From assembly GCA_965201135.1 (NCBI GenBank), contig OZ241751.1, positions 86,706-150,705 of the forward strand: a stretch of 64,000 nt of DNA, given 5' to 3'. Positions within the stretch are counted from its first letter, which is position 1. Each line of letters begins with the position of its first letter. A program made the position numbers and the translations under genes. The notes beneath the pieces are model-generated. The model ran no database searches. It was not told the origin of the DNA and saw nothing but the letters and a program-made list of their open reading frames with translations. Positions 15,588 through 25,996 of the stretch are shown one piece after another. The stretch is from Dehalococcoidia bacterium (lineage in GTDB: Bacteria; Chloroflexota; Dehalococcoidia; Lucifugimonadales; Australimonadaceae).

Positions 15588-18500
15588 GTGAGATTCACGA
15601 AGATTCCGCTCATAGCGACACTGCTGGCAGGGGCGCTCTCGCTGCTCTTCCTGTTGCCCGCGTTCGGCCAAACCTCCGGCGAGATCGAACGAACGGAAGG
15701 CAGGGTGACCTCAGGCGACCTCCAAGTCGGCGTCTACGAGAACCTCGCGGACGCCAAGGTGGCGAAACTGGTGGAGGACACCTATCCCCCCTCCGCCAGC
15801 AAGGGCGACGCTGGCAGCAGAACGTTCTACCGCCCCCCCACCACAGCCACTGAGGCCACGGGAGGGCTTTCGGGCGTCAACGTCGGCAGTGAGATTGTCT
15901 CAGGTCTGGTCGCCGGCGCGATGAGGACCGCGGACCCCGCTTACGGGATCAGCCCGTACACCGCCACGCGCAACACCTTCTTCGACTCGTCGCTCTACAT
16001 CGGCGGCGGGAAGACCGGCAGTTACAACACGGCGCTCATCACGCTCCGCACCGACCTGGTCGCCGACGCTTGCGACGCCGGCACGGACGACCCCGATACT
16101 GCAGTAGACGAGTCCACGCTTCCCGATGCCGCCGCGGACTACCCGGTCGCCAAGGTCACCAACCCCAGCCGCGGCTACGACATTGACGTTCCGCTGGCTC
16201 CCGCCGCCTTCCCGGAGGACTCCACCCCGTTTATTTCAGGCCAGACCGGATACGGAACCTCGCCCACCGAGACCTACGTTCAGGCGTTCTTCAATGTCGT
16301 GGACGACACGGACGACTCCTTGTCCCGCGCGGACAAGATGGTGGACGGCCCCAACTGCTTCTACTACGCGAGGGCGAACGGGAGCATGGAGTTCGGCCAG
16401 ATCGGGGCGCGCCACGGCGACCGCCTGACTGTCCGCATCACCGGCCAGGCCAGCAACATCAGCCTCATCGTCGACGCCGAAGGCCCCGAGATCAACCTGA
16501 TTAGCCCGGTCGACACGAGCGTCGTCAAGTCGAGCAACCTCTCCTTCCGCTTCGACGTCCGCGACCCCGACTCCGGCCTCCGCCACGACGGCGAGTACAC
16601 GCTGAGCAACGACGGCGACCCCACCTCCGTCAACCCCGACCGCGACGCCAACCGCGGCTCCGAGCCCCGCTCCGAGTCGGCGCCTAGCCTCTTCGGCGTC
16701 GGCAACGGCAAAGCCGCCGACATCCAAGCCGTCTACTGGAGCATCGAGAACACCCAAACCTCCGACGTCAGCGACCGCCTCACCGACTCCGTCCGCGACA
16801 CCCAAGCGGGCGGCATCGACATCACCGACCAGGGCAGGTGGGCCATCATCGGCGGTCGCGCCGGAGTCGGCTACTCCTTCTCGGCGACGGGCAACAACTT
16901 CGACTCCGCCAAGAACGCGCTGCAGTTCACCGCGACGGACCGCGTCGGGAATATGACCACCTCGGACGCGGACCTGGAGCGGACCGGGAACCAGCCCTAC
17001 ATCTTCGAAGTGGACGACAATAAGCCCACCATCGAAAACATCGACGTTCGCACGGGCATCTCCTACGACAACTCCGACAGCGAGGAGGAGGTGAACCGCT
17101 CCGCCATCGCCCTCAAGTTCAGCGAGCCGATCAAGTCCGGCGACATCGCGGTCAGCCGCATCACGGTCGCGGGCAACAGCGTCACGGGCGTCATTCAGCC
17201 TAACGGCGCGCCGATCGTCTACCGCGCGCAGTCGGGCGACGCGGATCCCGCCGACTGCACGCTCGACGAGCGCGTGTCGCAAGACCACGACGACAATCCT
17301 GACACCCCCAACGTCATGGTCGCCAACCCGAACAAGTGCCCCGGCACGGACATTCAGGACGAGAAGATCGCCGACACGCGCAGCCTCGTGTTCCTGCAGT
17401 TGGAGGACGCCCTCGAGGCGGACGAGGATCCTGCGGTGACGCTGCTTTCCGGCGCCGTCCAAGACCTCGCCGGCAACTCCGTGAACACCACCTCGCTGGA
17501 GTCGGAAGACTGGATCGCGCCCACGCTCACGGTCTCCGTGACCGGAACCAAGGGCGACCGCCCGGTCGCCAACGATGACGGCGCGTTCGTGATCGCAGTG
17601 ACTTCGGACGAAGACCTGAGCGGGCGCCCCCGCGTGGTGTTCGCGGAGATCAGGGCGACGGCCAACGCCGCCGATGCCGACAACCCATACTCGTACTCCG
17701 TCGGGCCCGACATCTCCAACGAAAGAGACTGCAACCTCACGCCAGATGAGACCGACCGCTCTTGGAGCCGCTCCTGCGGAGTGGGCGAGCAGATCGTGGA
17801 CGGCATAACCGGAATGGTCGGCGTGTTCGTTTTGGCGAAGGACGAGGACGACAACCTCGCCGTCGTGCCCACGCGGTGGACCCCCCAAGGCGATCCGCCC
17901 CCGAACACCCCCGGCCACCGCGCGGCGGGCTCGCCGCCGAAGCCGATTGATGGCAACGCGGTTGACGTCCAGGAACTCCAGGACGCCGGCCTGCTGATAG
18001 AGATCGACAACATCTTCAACTCGGACGGCGAAGACGCGCCCGCGCAGCAAGACCCGACCGAGAGCGTCACGCCGCAGAGCGGCGACGACGCGAAGAAGAC
18101 GGAGAGCCCCAACCCGTTCATCCACATCGACTTCGAGGGCGAGGCGTCCGAATACGACCGAGGGGACTTCAAGGACTCCCACGGCACGGTGACGATCACC
18201 GAGATCAAGTTGGGCGACGACGACGCGACGGACCGCCTGAGCCGCGTGGACAGGGACGAGTTCTCCATAGTGCTCCGCGACCTCGCGGTCGGCAAGTACA
18301 CGCTGACCTACAAGGCCGAGGACGACGCGGGGAACGAGTACAACAACGGCGAGTTCAAGTTCGAGGTGCTCGCGCGCAAGCCCTACAAGGTGAACGTCAA
18401 GCCGGGCTGGAACCTGATCTCGCTGCCGGGCGCTCCCGAAAACTCCGGCATCGCGGACGTGCTCTCCAGCACAGAATTCCTCACCCCCGTGCTCGCCTAC

Positions 18501-18965
18501 CAGAACGGCGACTGGCTGACGGCCCGCCGAACGGACGACGGCTGGGACGGAAGCCTGACGGACATCGAGGCCGGCTACGGCTACTGGGTGCACGCCCAGA
18601 CCTTCGAGACGATCTCGACGCTCCTGACGGAGATCGACCCGGCGTCCGTCCCGCCGACGGTGCCGGTCACCCGAGGCTGGAACCTGCTCGGCGTCATAGA
18701 CGTCGACCAAAGCAGCGCCGGCAGTGCGCCCGGAACCGGCGACAACGCCGACGAAGCCGACAACTACTTCGGCAGCATCCCGTGGAAGGTCGCCTACTCC
18801 TACAACACGCAGATGAGCACCTGGCAGCGGTACACCCCGAAGACGGAGATCGGCTGCGTGACGTCCGGCACAGGCGAGGACGCGGTGGAGACCTGCGCCG
18901 CGGAAATCCTGAACGGCCAGGGCTACTGGGTCTGGTCCGAGCGGCCCAGCACGCTCGTCCCGTAA
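15588..18965 (+). CDS. Giant secreted acidic surface protein, paralog 3
   Basis: Same RBS and GTG start. Signal peptide MRFTKIPLIATLLAGALSLLFLLPAFGQ. Motifs RDPDSGLRHDGEY, ATDRVGNMT, VQDLAGNSVN and AEDDAGNEY. The C-terminal domain is PGWNLISLPG .. AGYGYWVHA .. GWNLLGVID .. NGQGYWVW..PSTLVP. Confidence 0.8.
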   Translation: MRFTKIPLIATLLAGALSLLFLLPAFGQTSGEIERTEGRVTSGDLQVGVYENLADAKVAKLVEDTYPPSASKGDAGSRTFYRPPTTATEATGGLSGVNVGSEIVSGLVAGAMRTADPAYGISPYTATRNTFFDSSLYIGGGKTGSYNTALITLRTDLVADACDAGTDDPDTAVDESTLPDAAADYPVAKVTNPSRGYDIDVPLAPAAFPEDSTPFISGQTGYGTSPTETYVQAFFNVVDDTDDSLSRADKMVDGPNCFYYARANGSMEFGQIGARHGDRLTVRITGQASNISLIVDAEGPEINLISPVDTSVVKSSNLSFRFDVRDPDSGLRHDGEYTLSNDGDPTSVNPDRDANRGSEPRSESAPSLFGVGNGKAADIQAVYWSIENTQTSDVSDRLTDSVRDTQAGGIDITDQGRWAIIGGRAGVGYSFSATGNNFDSAKNALQFTATDRVGNMTTSDADLERTGNQPYIFEVDDNKPTIENIDVRTGISYDNSDSEEEVNRSAIALKFSEPIKSGDIAVSRITVAGNSVTGVIQPNGAPIVYRAQSGDADPADCTLDERVSQDHDDNPDTPNVMVANPNKCPGTDIQDEKIADTRSLVFLQLEDALEADEDPAVTLLSGAVQDLAGNSVNTTSLESEDWIAPTLTVSVTGTKGDRPVANDDGAFVIAVTSDEDLSGRPRVVFAEIRATANAADADNPYSYSVGPDISNERDCNLTPDETDRSWSRSCGVGEQIVDGITGMVGVFVLAKDEDDNLAVVPTRWTPQGDPPPNTPGHRAAGSPPKPIDGNAVDVQELQDAGLLIEIDNIFNSDGEDAPAQQDPTESVTPQSGDDAKKTESPNPFIHIDFEGEASEYDRGDFKDSHGTVTITEIKLGDDDATDRLSRVDRDEFSIVLRDLAVGKYTLTYKAEDDAGNEYNNGEFKFEVLARKPYKVNVKPGWNLISLPGAPENSGIADVLSSTEFLTPVLAYQNGDWLTARRTDDGWDGSLTDIEAGYGYWVHAQTFETISTLLTEIDPASVPPTVPVTRGWNLLGVIDVDQSSAGSAPGTGDNADEADNYFGSIPWKVAYSYNTQMSTWQRYTPKTEIGCVTSGTGEDAVETCAAEILNGQGYWVWSERPSTLVP

Positions 18966-18999
18966 GCGCCGAGCGCGCAAACGCGAAAGCGAAAGAGAA

Positions 19000-19023
19000 G
19001 CCCCCGCCGACATCGGCGGGGGC
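19000..19023 (+). terminator. Rho-independent-type terminator after paralog 3
   Basis: GCCCCCGCCG-ACAT-CGGCGGGGGC followed by TTTCTCTTC. Same hairpin as 13017..13040. Confidence 0.65.
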
Positions 19024-19091
19024 TTTCTCTTCGCCCCCCGCGCGGCGCTTGCGCCCCTCGCCACAAGCGCCCGCGCCCGCGGGCGTCGGAT

Positions 19092-19312
19092 CCCCCTCTC
19101 CCTATAAGGGGAGAGGACGCCGCGAATGCGGCGGGAGAGGGTACTGGCGGACGGGCGCTCGCGGCGCTTGCGCGCCTCAATGGGGCGAGATTCCCGCCTA
19201 CGCGGGAATGACGATTAGGGGAGGAATGGAGATCAGCGAGCGCCGCGAGCTCCGGACCCCCTCTCCCTACAAGGGGAGAGGACGCCGCGAATGCGGCGGG
19301 AGAGGGTACTGC
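19092..19312. repeat. Repeat mosaic (R2, R1 reverse, R2)
   Basis: R2 copies at about 19092..19146 and 19257..19312. R1 (GAGATTCCCGCCTACGCGGGAATGACG) at 19187..19213. Confidence 0.8.
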
Positions 19313-19371
19313 GGACGGGGCGCTCGCCGAGCGCCGCGACTCTCTCGGACCGCCTCCTCCGCGCGCCCTAT

Positions 19372-19377
19372 GTATAA
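19372..19377 (+). promoter_or_regulatory. Possible -10 box (TATAAT) upstream of the O-antigen-ligase-like gene
   Basis: Perfect TATAAT preceded by TG, about 33 nt upstream of GTG 19410. No good -35 was seen. Confidence 0.3.
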
Positions 19378-19409
19378 TCTCCGGCGAACGCTTGGGAGGG
19401 CCGCGAACT

Positions 19410-21485
19410 GTGCGTAGAGCCGTCAGCGGGCGCGGCCCGGCCTCGAGGGCGCCCCGAACGCAATCTCCGTCCGCCGCGCCCTCGACTGCGGACGCGGGCC
19501 TGCTGTGGGGCGTTCGCGCCGCCCTCCTCGCCGTTCTCTTCATCCCCCTCCTCGTAACCACGAACAGCATGTTTCCCTACGTCGTGGGGAAGGCGCTGTT
19601 CGCCCGCGCCGCCATCGAGGTCGCGTTCGCGCTCTGGCTCATTCTGCTGATCCGCAATCCCGCCTATCGCCCCGCGAAGTCGTGGGTCGTCATTGCGTTC
19701 GCGGGATGGCTGCTCGTCTCGCTTGCGGCGTCGTTCACGGGCGTCAGCGTCACGCGCAGCCTCTGGTCGAGTTACGAGCGAATGCAGGGCGTCGTGGACT
19801 TGGCGCACTGGTTCGCGTTCGCGCTCGCGGCGGCGTCGGCGTTCCGAACGATCGCGGACTGGCGGCTGCTCTTCACGGTCAACGCGGGCGTGTGCAGCGT
19901 CGCGTCTGCGGTGGGGCTCGCGAGGTACTACGGGCTCACGGACTGGGCGCTGGCGACGGTGCGCGAGGGGCGGATCGAGTCGCTGCTCGGCAACGCGACG
20001 TTCTTGGGCGCGTACACCGTCGTGAGTCTGCTGCTCGCGCTGGGGATGCTTCTGCAGTCCGTGGGGCGCGGGCGGACGGCCTCCGCGCCGCAGGATGCGG
20101 GCAACAGAGAGTCGCGCCGGGCACGGCGAGCGCGCAACAGGGCGGCGGACGCCGGAGTCGGATTCGACGCGGAGCCGTGGCTGCGGGCGCTATGGGGGAT
20201 GTCGGCGGCGCTCTCGTTCTGGGCGATGTGGTTCACCGGATCGCGGGGCGCGATGGCGGGGCTTATGGCGGGCGCGGCGGTCTTCGTCGTCGGCTACGCG
20301 CTCTGGGGAGCGTCGCGCCGCGCGAGGCGCGTAATCCTGGCCGGAGGCGCGGCGGCGCTGGCGGCGGGCGGACTGGCGGCGGGCGTATTGCTCACGAGCG
20401 GCGTTCCGTCGTTCCTGCAACCGGCGCTGGACGCGACCCCGACGCTGCAGCGGCTCGCGTCGTTCAGCACGCGGGAGACGAGCATCCTGGGGCGAATTGA
20501 GGCGTTCGAGACGGCGTCGGACGCTTTCCTGGCGCGGCCGCTGCTGGGCTGGGGCCCCGAGAACTATCTCGTCGCGTGGGGTTTGCACTCCACGTTTGAC
20601 GAGGCGATTGAGATCTATGATCAAGCGCACAACAAGGCGCTGGAGGCGCTCGTCACGACGGGCGGCGTCGGGCTGTTGGCGCACCTAGCGCTGTGGGGGG
20701 CGATGGGGTGGGCGCTGCTGCGCGCCGCGCGGCGCGGAGAGGGCGGCGACCGCATGCTCGCGCTAGGGGTCGCCGGCGCCGCCGCCGCCTACTTCACGCA
20801 GAATATGTTTCTCTTCGACAGCCCGGTCACCGTGATGTTGTTCGCTATGCTCGCGGCGTTCGCGGCGTGGGAGGAGGGGCAGGCGCGCGCGGCGCGGGGA
20901 GATCCGCGTCTGGCGGAGCGCGGGGGCGGCGTCGCGCCGTTGGGGGCCGCCGGACGCTTGCTGAGCGCGTCCGCAGGGCGAACGCTGCTCATCGGCCTCG
21001 TCGTCGCGCTGACGGCGTTTCTCGCGCTCTTCTCCGCGTTCCGGCCCTACGCGGCGGCGGCGGACACGGCCAGCGCCGACTTTGCGGACTCGTGGAGCGA
21101 GTCCGAGGCGTACTTCGAGCGCGCCATCGCGGGGTTTCCGCCGCTCGCCAACTATCCCCGCGTCTATATGACGCGCCGCGCGACGTCGAGCATCGAAACG
21201 CTCACGGACGCCGAGTACGCCCGCGTCGTCGACCTCGTGACGTCGGAGGGGGAGCGGGCGCTCGAGTTGGAGCCGCGGAATTGGTGGATTCACGCGAACT
21301 TGGCGCAGTTCCATCAGGCTGCCTCGCTGCGGGACGCTCGGCGCCTCGCCTCGGCGCGGACGCACGTCGACGAGTTGCTCCGCCTCGCTCCGCAGACGAA
21401 CTTCGCCGCCGACGTCGCGGCTCAGCAGGAGCGTATGGAGGAGGCGCTTGCGCGTCAGTTGGGCGCGCCGGGGGCCGGGGGCTAG
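19410..21485 (+). CDS. O-antigen ligase (Wzy_C)-family polytopic membrane protein with C-terminal TPR-like soluble domain
   Basis: Multiple TM segments. FTGSRGAMAGLMAG and YDQAHNKALEALVTTGGVGLL are typical of the O-antigen ligase/WaaL family. The start is set at GTG 19410, 9 nt after GGGAGGG; the track ORF starts at TTG 19392. Confidence 0.7.
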   Translation: MRRAVSGRGPASRAPRTQSPSAAPSTADAGLLWGVRAALLAVLFIPLLVTTNSMFPYVVGKALFARAAIEVAFALWLILLIRNPAYRPAKSWVVIAFAGWLLVSLAASFTGVSVTRSLWSSYERMQGVVDLAHWFAFALAAASAFRTIADWRLLFTVNAGVCSVASAVGLARYYGLTDWALATVREGRIESLLGNATFLGAYTVVSLLLALGMLLQSVGRGRTASAPQDAGNRESRRARRARNRAADAGVGFDAEPWLRALWGMSAALSFWAMWFTGSRGAMAGLMAGAAVFVVGYALWGASRRARRVILAGGAAALAAGGLAAGVLLTSGVPSFLQPALDATPTLQRLASFSTRETSILGRIEAFETASDAFLARPLLGWGPENYLVAWGLHSTFDEAIEIYDQAHNKALEALVTTGGVGLLAHLALWGAMGWALLRAARRGEGGDRMLALGVAGAAAAYFTQNMFLFDSPVTVMLFAMLAAFAAWEEGQARAARGDPRLAERGGGVAPLGAAGRLLSASAGRTLLIGLVVALTAFLALFSAFRPYAAAADTASADFADSWSESEAYFERAIAGFPPLANYPRVYMTRRATSSIETLTDAEYARVVDLVTSEGERALELEPRNWWIHANLAQFHQAASLRDARRLASARTHVDELLRLAPQTNFAADVAAQQERMEEALARQLGAPGAGG

Positions 21486-23410
21486 GGCGCGTCCTCGACG
21501 ACGCGAACGAGAATCCAATCGTCCGCCTCCACGATGACGGGGAAAGAGAAGGAGTCGCCGTGGAGAACGGCGTACTGGAACCCGTACTGCGCTTGGAGCG
21601 CGAGCAACTCATCCTTCGTTATGTCGTAAGGATAGCCCGCGCCTTCGTTAGGATCGTAGATGGCGAGGTAACGCCTACGCCACTCCTTCAGGGCGTTCCT
21701 ATTGAATGGATTGCCCTTCCTGTCCACTACAATGGCTCGTTCGGCGAAGATGCGCCAAGTGCGCCACTCCCACGGAATGAGAAACACTACGTCAAGTTCC
21801 GTCGCTTGTTTCGCGGCCAACGCCAATTGCGTTGATGGACGCCCGGCTTCTCTGTTCGCGTATTCGTCAATCGTGAGCGCTGGCTGAATGAAGCGAACAT
21901 AAGCGGAAACCCGGGGTATTTGGGGCAGCGCGCCGGAGCGGTCCAGCGCGAATACGGCGATGGCGAACAAGAGCGCGCATAGGAGAGCGCCAAGCGCAGC
22001 CCGCATGAGACGGGGACGCAGCGCGGCGACGGAGGCGACCCCAAAGGCCAATCCTATTTGCCACACGTCGTGCAGAAGGGTAGAGCGATTGGGAGTCGCC
22101 AAGTCCAGTACGACGACCACCGCCAGCGCCACTACGCCAAAGAATACCGGCGAACGCATCGCGGATCCTCTTCGGATGCGGGACGCGGTGAAAATGGACG
22201 CCGTGCAGATGAGCAAGGCAGGCGCGGCTGCGGCGCTGGCCAGCGTCAACGTCGACCATCGCCAATCTTTACGAACGAGCATGTCCGCAATGCTCCACGC
22301 GATGAGCATCCATCCAAGCCAAGCGACGATCCGAACCAAACGAAAAACTTGCGCTATGACGCCCAACTGCGTAGGCGCAACGTCAACGAGGATCCATCCC
22401 GCGAACAGCGCGGCGATGGCGGCGGCGAGCGCGACCGTCAGGGTTATTCCTTCAGCCTTGCGTTCATTGCTCGATCGCCCGTCGTCGTGGAAGGGGCCGG
22501 GTCGTATGAACCCGACGAGCGCGAAGAAAACGGCGAACAAGAATGCACCGCTAACGAGGAAGTCGCTGATGGGCCAAGTGCTCGGCGTCAAGTGGTGCGA
22601 ATTCCGGAAATGCGCTGAAATATGAAAGTATTCTTGATCCGACAGCGCGTACGCCCCAACCGAAAGAGTCGGAATAATCCAAAAGATGGCGACCGACCCT
22701 GAGAGAATGAGCGCCGCGCTGGATAACTTGCCCCCCCTTATGCCTTTAATGGCGCCCTTGCGTTTTGACAAGAGCATGCGTCTCGCTCCTGCGGTAAGCA
22801 AGGCAATTACGCCCACTTCCGCTCCAAAGACGGGGTGCATCAGAATTGCCGGAACCGATGCCGCTGATGCTTGCAAGGCTTCTCCTTTCATGCCGCGCCA
22901 AAGCGCGATCAGCGCGAAAGGCATCGCCAGAGATATAGGAATTGGGTAAATCGCCACCGTAGCGACGGTCCCCAAGTTGAAAGGCTGCAGCGACGCGGCC
23001 AAGCCTGCGGCGATTACGCCGACGACTGCGGAGCCCGTGATGTCCCTGGCTGCGAATGCAGTGACGGCGGTGACCGCAACGTATATCGCAAGGTGGAGAC
23101 TAGCGAACAACAGAGGGATGGGGATGAATTCGCCGAATGCGGCGAGCAGCCGGTCGTAGTAAAACCTGATGCCGAAACCAGTCTCGGCGGTTACGTAGAA
23201 ATCGTTGATAAGGTAATTGGAGTCCATTGCCCGGAAGAGGGTTGGGAGTTGGATGCTGAGACTCTCCGTTCCGAAGATGTAACCGCTGAGCGTCGCCGCC
23301 AAGAGGCCGAACAGCAGCGAGAACAAAGCCAGCATGAGCCGGTCGTCAAAGGGCTTGGCAAGCGGCGGCGCCGCCTCGGGACCCGGCGCAATGCGAGGCG
23401 GCGCGTTCAT
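21482..23410 (-). CDS. Large polytopic membrane protein, possible GT-C-type glycosyltransferase (function unknown)
   Basis: 642 aa with more than 10 predicted hydrophobic helices and a soluble C-terminal segment. The region looks visibly less GC-rich than its neighbours. No diagnostic motif was recognised. Confidence 0.45.
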   Translation of the reverse strand: MNAPPRIAPGPEAAPPLAKPFDDRLMLALFSLLFGLLAATLSGYIFGTESLSIQLPTLFRAMDSNYLINDFYVTAETGFGIRFYYDRLLAAFGEFIPIPLLFASLHLAIYVAVTAVTAFAARDITGSAVVGVIAAGLAASLQPFNLGTVATVAIYPIPISLAMPFALIALWRGMKGEALQASAASVPAILMHPVFGAEVGVIALLTAGARRMLLSKRKGAIKGIRGGKLSSAALILSGSVAIFWIIPTLSVGAYALSDQEYFHISAHFRNSHHLTPSTWPISDFLVSGAFLFAVFFALVGFIRPGPFHDDGRSSNERKAEGITLTVALAAAIAALFAGWILVDVAPTQLGVIAQVFRLVRIVAWLGWMLIAWSIADMLVRKDWRWSTLTLASAAAAPALLICTASIFTASRIRRGSAMRSPVFFGVVALAVVVVLDLATPNRSTLLHDVWQIGLAFGVASVAALRPRLMRAALGALLCALLFAIAVFALDRSGALPQIPRVSAYVRFIQPALTIDEYANREAGRPSTQLALAAKQATELDVVFLIPWEWRTWRIFAERAIVVDRKGNPFNRNALKEWRRRYLAIYDPNEGAGYPYDITKDELLALQAQYGFQYAVLHGDSFSFPVIVEADDWILVRVVEDAP

Positions 23411-23447
23411 GGGAATGAGTCCGCTGCGGATGGCTAGGGCGAGCGCG

Positions 23448-25961
23448 CTACTTCGCAGCGGCCACGGCTTTGCGCCGGCGCGGGGCGGGCGGCTCCGGGG
23501 CGTCGTCGACCGGGTCGGGCGCGATGCGGACGGAGAGTTTGCCGCCGTCCTCGTGCAGGTCGACGCGGACGGTCTGCCCCGGCTCGTAGCGGCCGGCGAT
23601 GACCTCTTCGGAGAGAGGGTCTTCCAGTTCGCGCTCGATGAGCCGGCGGAGGGGGCGCGCGCCGAAGAGCGGGTCGAACCCCTTCTCGCCCATCCACTCC
23701 TTCGCGGCGGACGCGACCTCTAGGCTGAGGCCTTTTTCGAGGAGCGGCTTGCGGACGTCGTTCAGCATCAGATCAACGATGCTCACGATGTGCTCTTTGT
23801 TGAGGGCGTGAAAGACGATTTGGCCGTCCACGCGGTTGAGGAACTCGGGGCGGAAGAAGCGCTTGACCTCCTCCTCGACCTTGCTCTTCATTTTGCCGTA
23901 GGCGTTCTCCTCCATCTTGGCCTGGTTGGCGGTCGTGAAGCCGAGCGAGGAGTCGCGCCGGATCAGGTCGGAGCCGATGTTGGAGGTCATCACGATGATC
24001 GTGTTGCGGAAGTCGACCCTGTGCCCCTTGGCGTCGGTGAGGTGGCCGTCGTCGAAGAGTTGGAGGAGGATGTTGAACACCTCGGGATGGGCCTTCTCGA
24101 TCTCGTCGAGTAGGATGCAGGTATAGGAGCGGCGGCGGACGGCGTTCGTCAACTGGCCGCCCTCGTCGGAGCCGATGTAGCCCGGGGGAGAGCCGATGAG
24201 GCGGGCGACGGTGTGGCGCTCCGCGAACTCGGACATATCGAGGCGCACCATCGCGTCCTCGGAGCCGAACATAAACTCCGCGAGCGCCTTGACGAGTTCC
24301 GTCTTGCCGACGCCGGTGGGGCCGAGGAAGAGGAAACTGCCGATGGGGCGGCGCGGGTCTTTGAGCCCGGCGCGGGCGCGGCGGACGGCTTTGGCGATGG
24401 CGATGATCGCCTCTTCCTGGCCGACAATGCGCCGGTGGATGTTCTCCTCCATATGCAGGAGGCGCTCGATCTCCTCGACCGCCATGTGGGTTACGGGAAT
24501 GCCCGTCCACATACTGACGACCTCGGCGATCTCCTCCTCCGTCACGGAGGCGCGGTCTTCTTCGGACGCGCTCTCCATTTCGGACTGCAACTGGCGGAGT
24601 TTGTCGGCGAGTTTGACCTCGCGGTCGCGGAGTTCGGCGGCGTACTCGTACTGCTGCTGGGCGATGGCCTCGTCCTTCTCGCGGCGGACGGTCTCCAGCC
24701 CTTTCATCGACTCCTTGACGGAGAGCGGCGCGCCGCTCATCCGTATGCGGACGCGGGAGCCGGCCTCGTCCATCAGGTCGATCGCCTTGTCGGGGAGGTG
24801 CCTGTCGGCGATGTAGCGCGAGGCGAGGCTCGCGGCGGCCTGGAGGGCTTCGTCGCTGATCTGAACGCCGTGGTACTCGGCGAACTTGGGGCGGATGCCC
24901 TTGAGAATTTCTATGGTCTCCTCAACGGATGGCTCGTCGACGGCGACGGGCTGGAACCTGCGCTCGAGGGCGGGGTCGCGCTCGACGTACTTGCGGTAGT
25001 CGTCGAGCGTGGTGGCGCCGATGCATTGGAGTTCGCCGCGCGCGAGGGAGGGCTTGAGGATGTTGGCGGCGTCCACGGCGCCCTCGGCGGCGCCCGCCCC
25101 GACCATCGTGTGCATCTCGTCTATGAAGAGGATGCAGTTGGCGGAGGACTTGATCTCGTCCACGATCTTCTTGAGGCGCTCCTCGAATTCGCCGCGGTAC
25201 TTGGTGCCCGCGACGAGCGCGCCCATATCCAGGGTTATGACGCGACGGCCGTTGAGGTGATCGGGGGCCTCGCCGGAGGTGATCTGCTGGGCGAGCGCCT
25301 CCACGATGGCGGTCTTCCCCACGCCGGGGGGGCCGACCAGCACGGGGTTGTTCTTGCGCCGACGGCTCAGCACCTGCACGACGCGCGAGATCTCCCGGCT
25401 GCGCCCCACGACGCTGTCGAGTTTGCCGTCGCGGGCGTAGGCGGTGAGGTCTATGCCGAACTGGTCGAGCACCGGAGTGCGGCGCCCGGAGCGGCTTTGC
25501 CCCTGGCTCTGCGAGACGCTCTGATTCAGGATGCGGGTGGTCTCGGCCCTGGACTTTTCGAGCGTCACGCCGAGGCTTTCGAGAACGCCGGCGGCGACGC
25601 CCTCCCCCTCGCGCATAATGCCGATGAGGATGTGCTCCGTGCCGATGTAGTGGTGGGAGAGGCGCCGGGCCTCGTCCACGGCGAGTTCGATGACCTTTTT
25701 CGCGCGCGGCGTCAGCCCCATGTCGCCGGGGGAGGGGCGCTCGCCGCGCCCGATGATGAATTCGACGGCGGAGCGCACCTTCGGCAGTTCCACGTTCAGG
25801 CTGTTGAGGACGCGGGCGGCGACGCCGTCGGTTTCCCGGACCAAGCCCAGCAGGATGTGCTCCGTCCCGATGTAGTTGTGGTTGAACCGCTGCGCCTCTT
25901 CCTGCGCGAGCGACAGCACCCGGCGGGCTCGTTCCGAGAACTTTTCGAATCTGCTGGCCAT
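23448..25961 (-). CDS. clpC: ATP-dependent Clp protease ATP-binding subunit ClpC
   Basis: 837 aa. It has N-terminal Clp_N repeats ([33 protein letters not shown]) and two AAA+ modules (GPPGVGKT and GPTGVGKTE Walker A). A UVR-like linker and the ClpB_D2-small end are also present. Confidence 0.92.
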   Translation of the reverse strand: MASRFEKFSERARRVLSLAQEEAQRFNHNYIGTEHILLGLVRETDGVAARVLNSLNVELPKVRSAVEFIIGRGERPSPGDMGLTPRAKKVIELAVDEARRLSHHYIGTEHILIGIMREGEGVAAGVLESLGVTLEKSRAETTRILNQSVSQSQGQSRSGRRTPVLDQFGIDLTAYARDGKLDSVVGRSREISRVVQVLSRRRKNNPVLVGPPGVGKTAIVEALAQQITSGEAPDHLNGRRVITLDMGALVAGTKYRGEFEERLKKIVDEIKSSANCILFIDEMHTMVGAGAAEGAVDAANILKPSLARGELQCIGATTLDDYRKYVERDPALERRFQPVAVDEPSVEETIEILKGIRPKFAEYHGVQISDEALQAAASLASRYIADRHLPDKAIDLMDEAGSRVRIRMSGAPLSVKESMKGLETVRREKDEAIAQQQYEYAAELRDREVKLADKLRQLQSEMESASEEDRASVTEEEIAEVVSMWTGIPVTHMAVEEIERLLHMEENIHRRIVGQEEAIIAIAKAVRRARAGLKDPRRPIGSFLFLGPTGVGKTELVKALAEFMFGSEDAMVRLDMSEFAERHTVARLIGSPPGYIGSDEGGQLTNAVRRRSYTCILLDEIEKAHPEVFNILLQLFDDGHLTDAKGHRVDFRNTIIVMTSNIGSDLIRRDSSLGFTTANQAKMEENAYGKMKSKVEEEVKRFFRPEFLNRVDGQIVFHALNKEHIVSIVDLMLNDVRKPLLEKGLSLEVASAAKEWMGEKGFDPLFGARPLRRLIERELEDPLSEEVIAGRYEPGQTVRVDLHEDGGKLSVRIAPDPVDDAPEPPAPRRRKAVAAAK

Positions 25962-25996
25962 GTCGCCTCCCGCCCCCTAGTAAATCACAACCCGGC

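Noticed and set aside
6634-19064. Very long antisense ORFs opposite the surface-protein genes (6634..7809, 8311..10002, 10024..12699 and 16236..19064, up to 942 aa).
   Set aside because: Their products are Arg/Gly/Val/Asp-rich low-complexity sequence with no motifs. They mirror well-supported sense genes, as expected from stop-codon scarcity in high-GC DNA.
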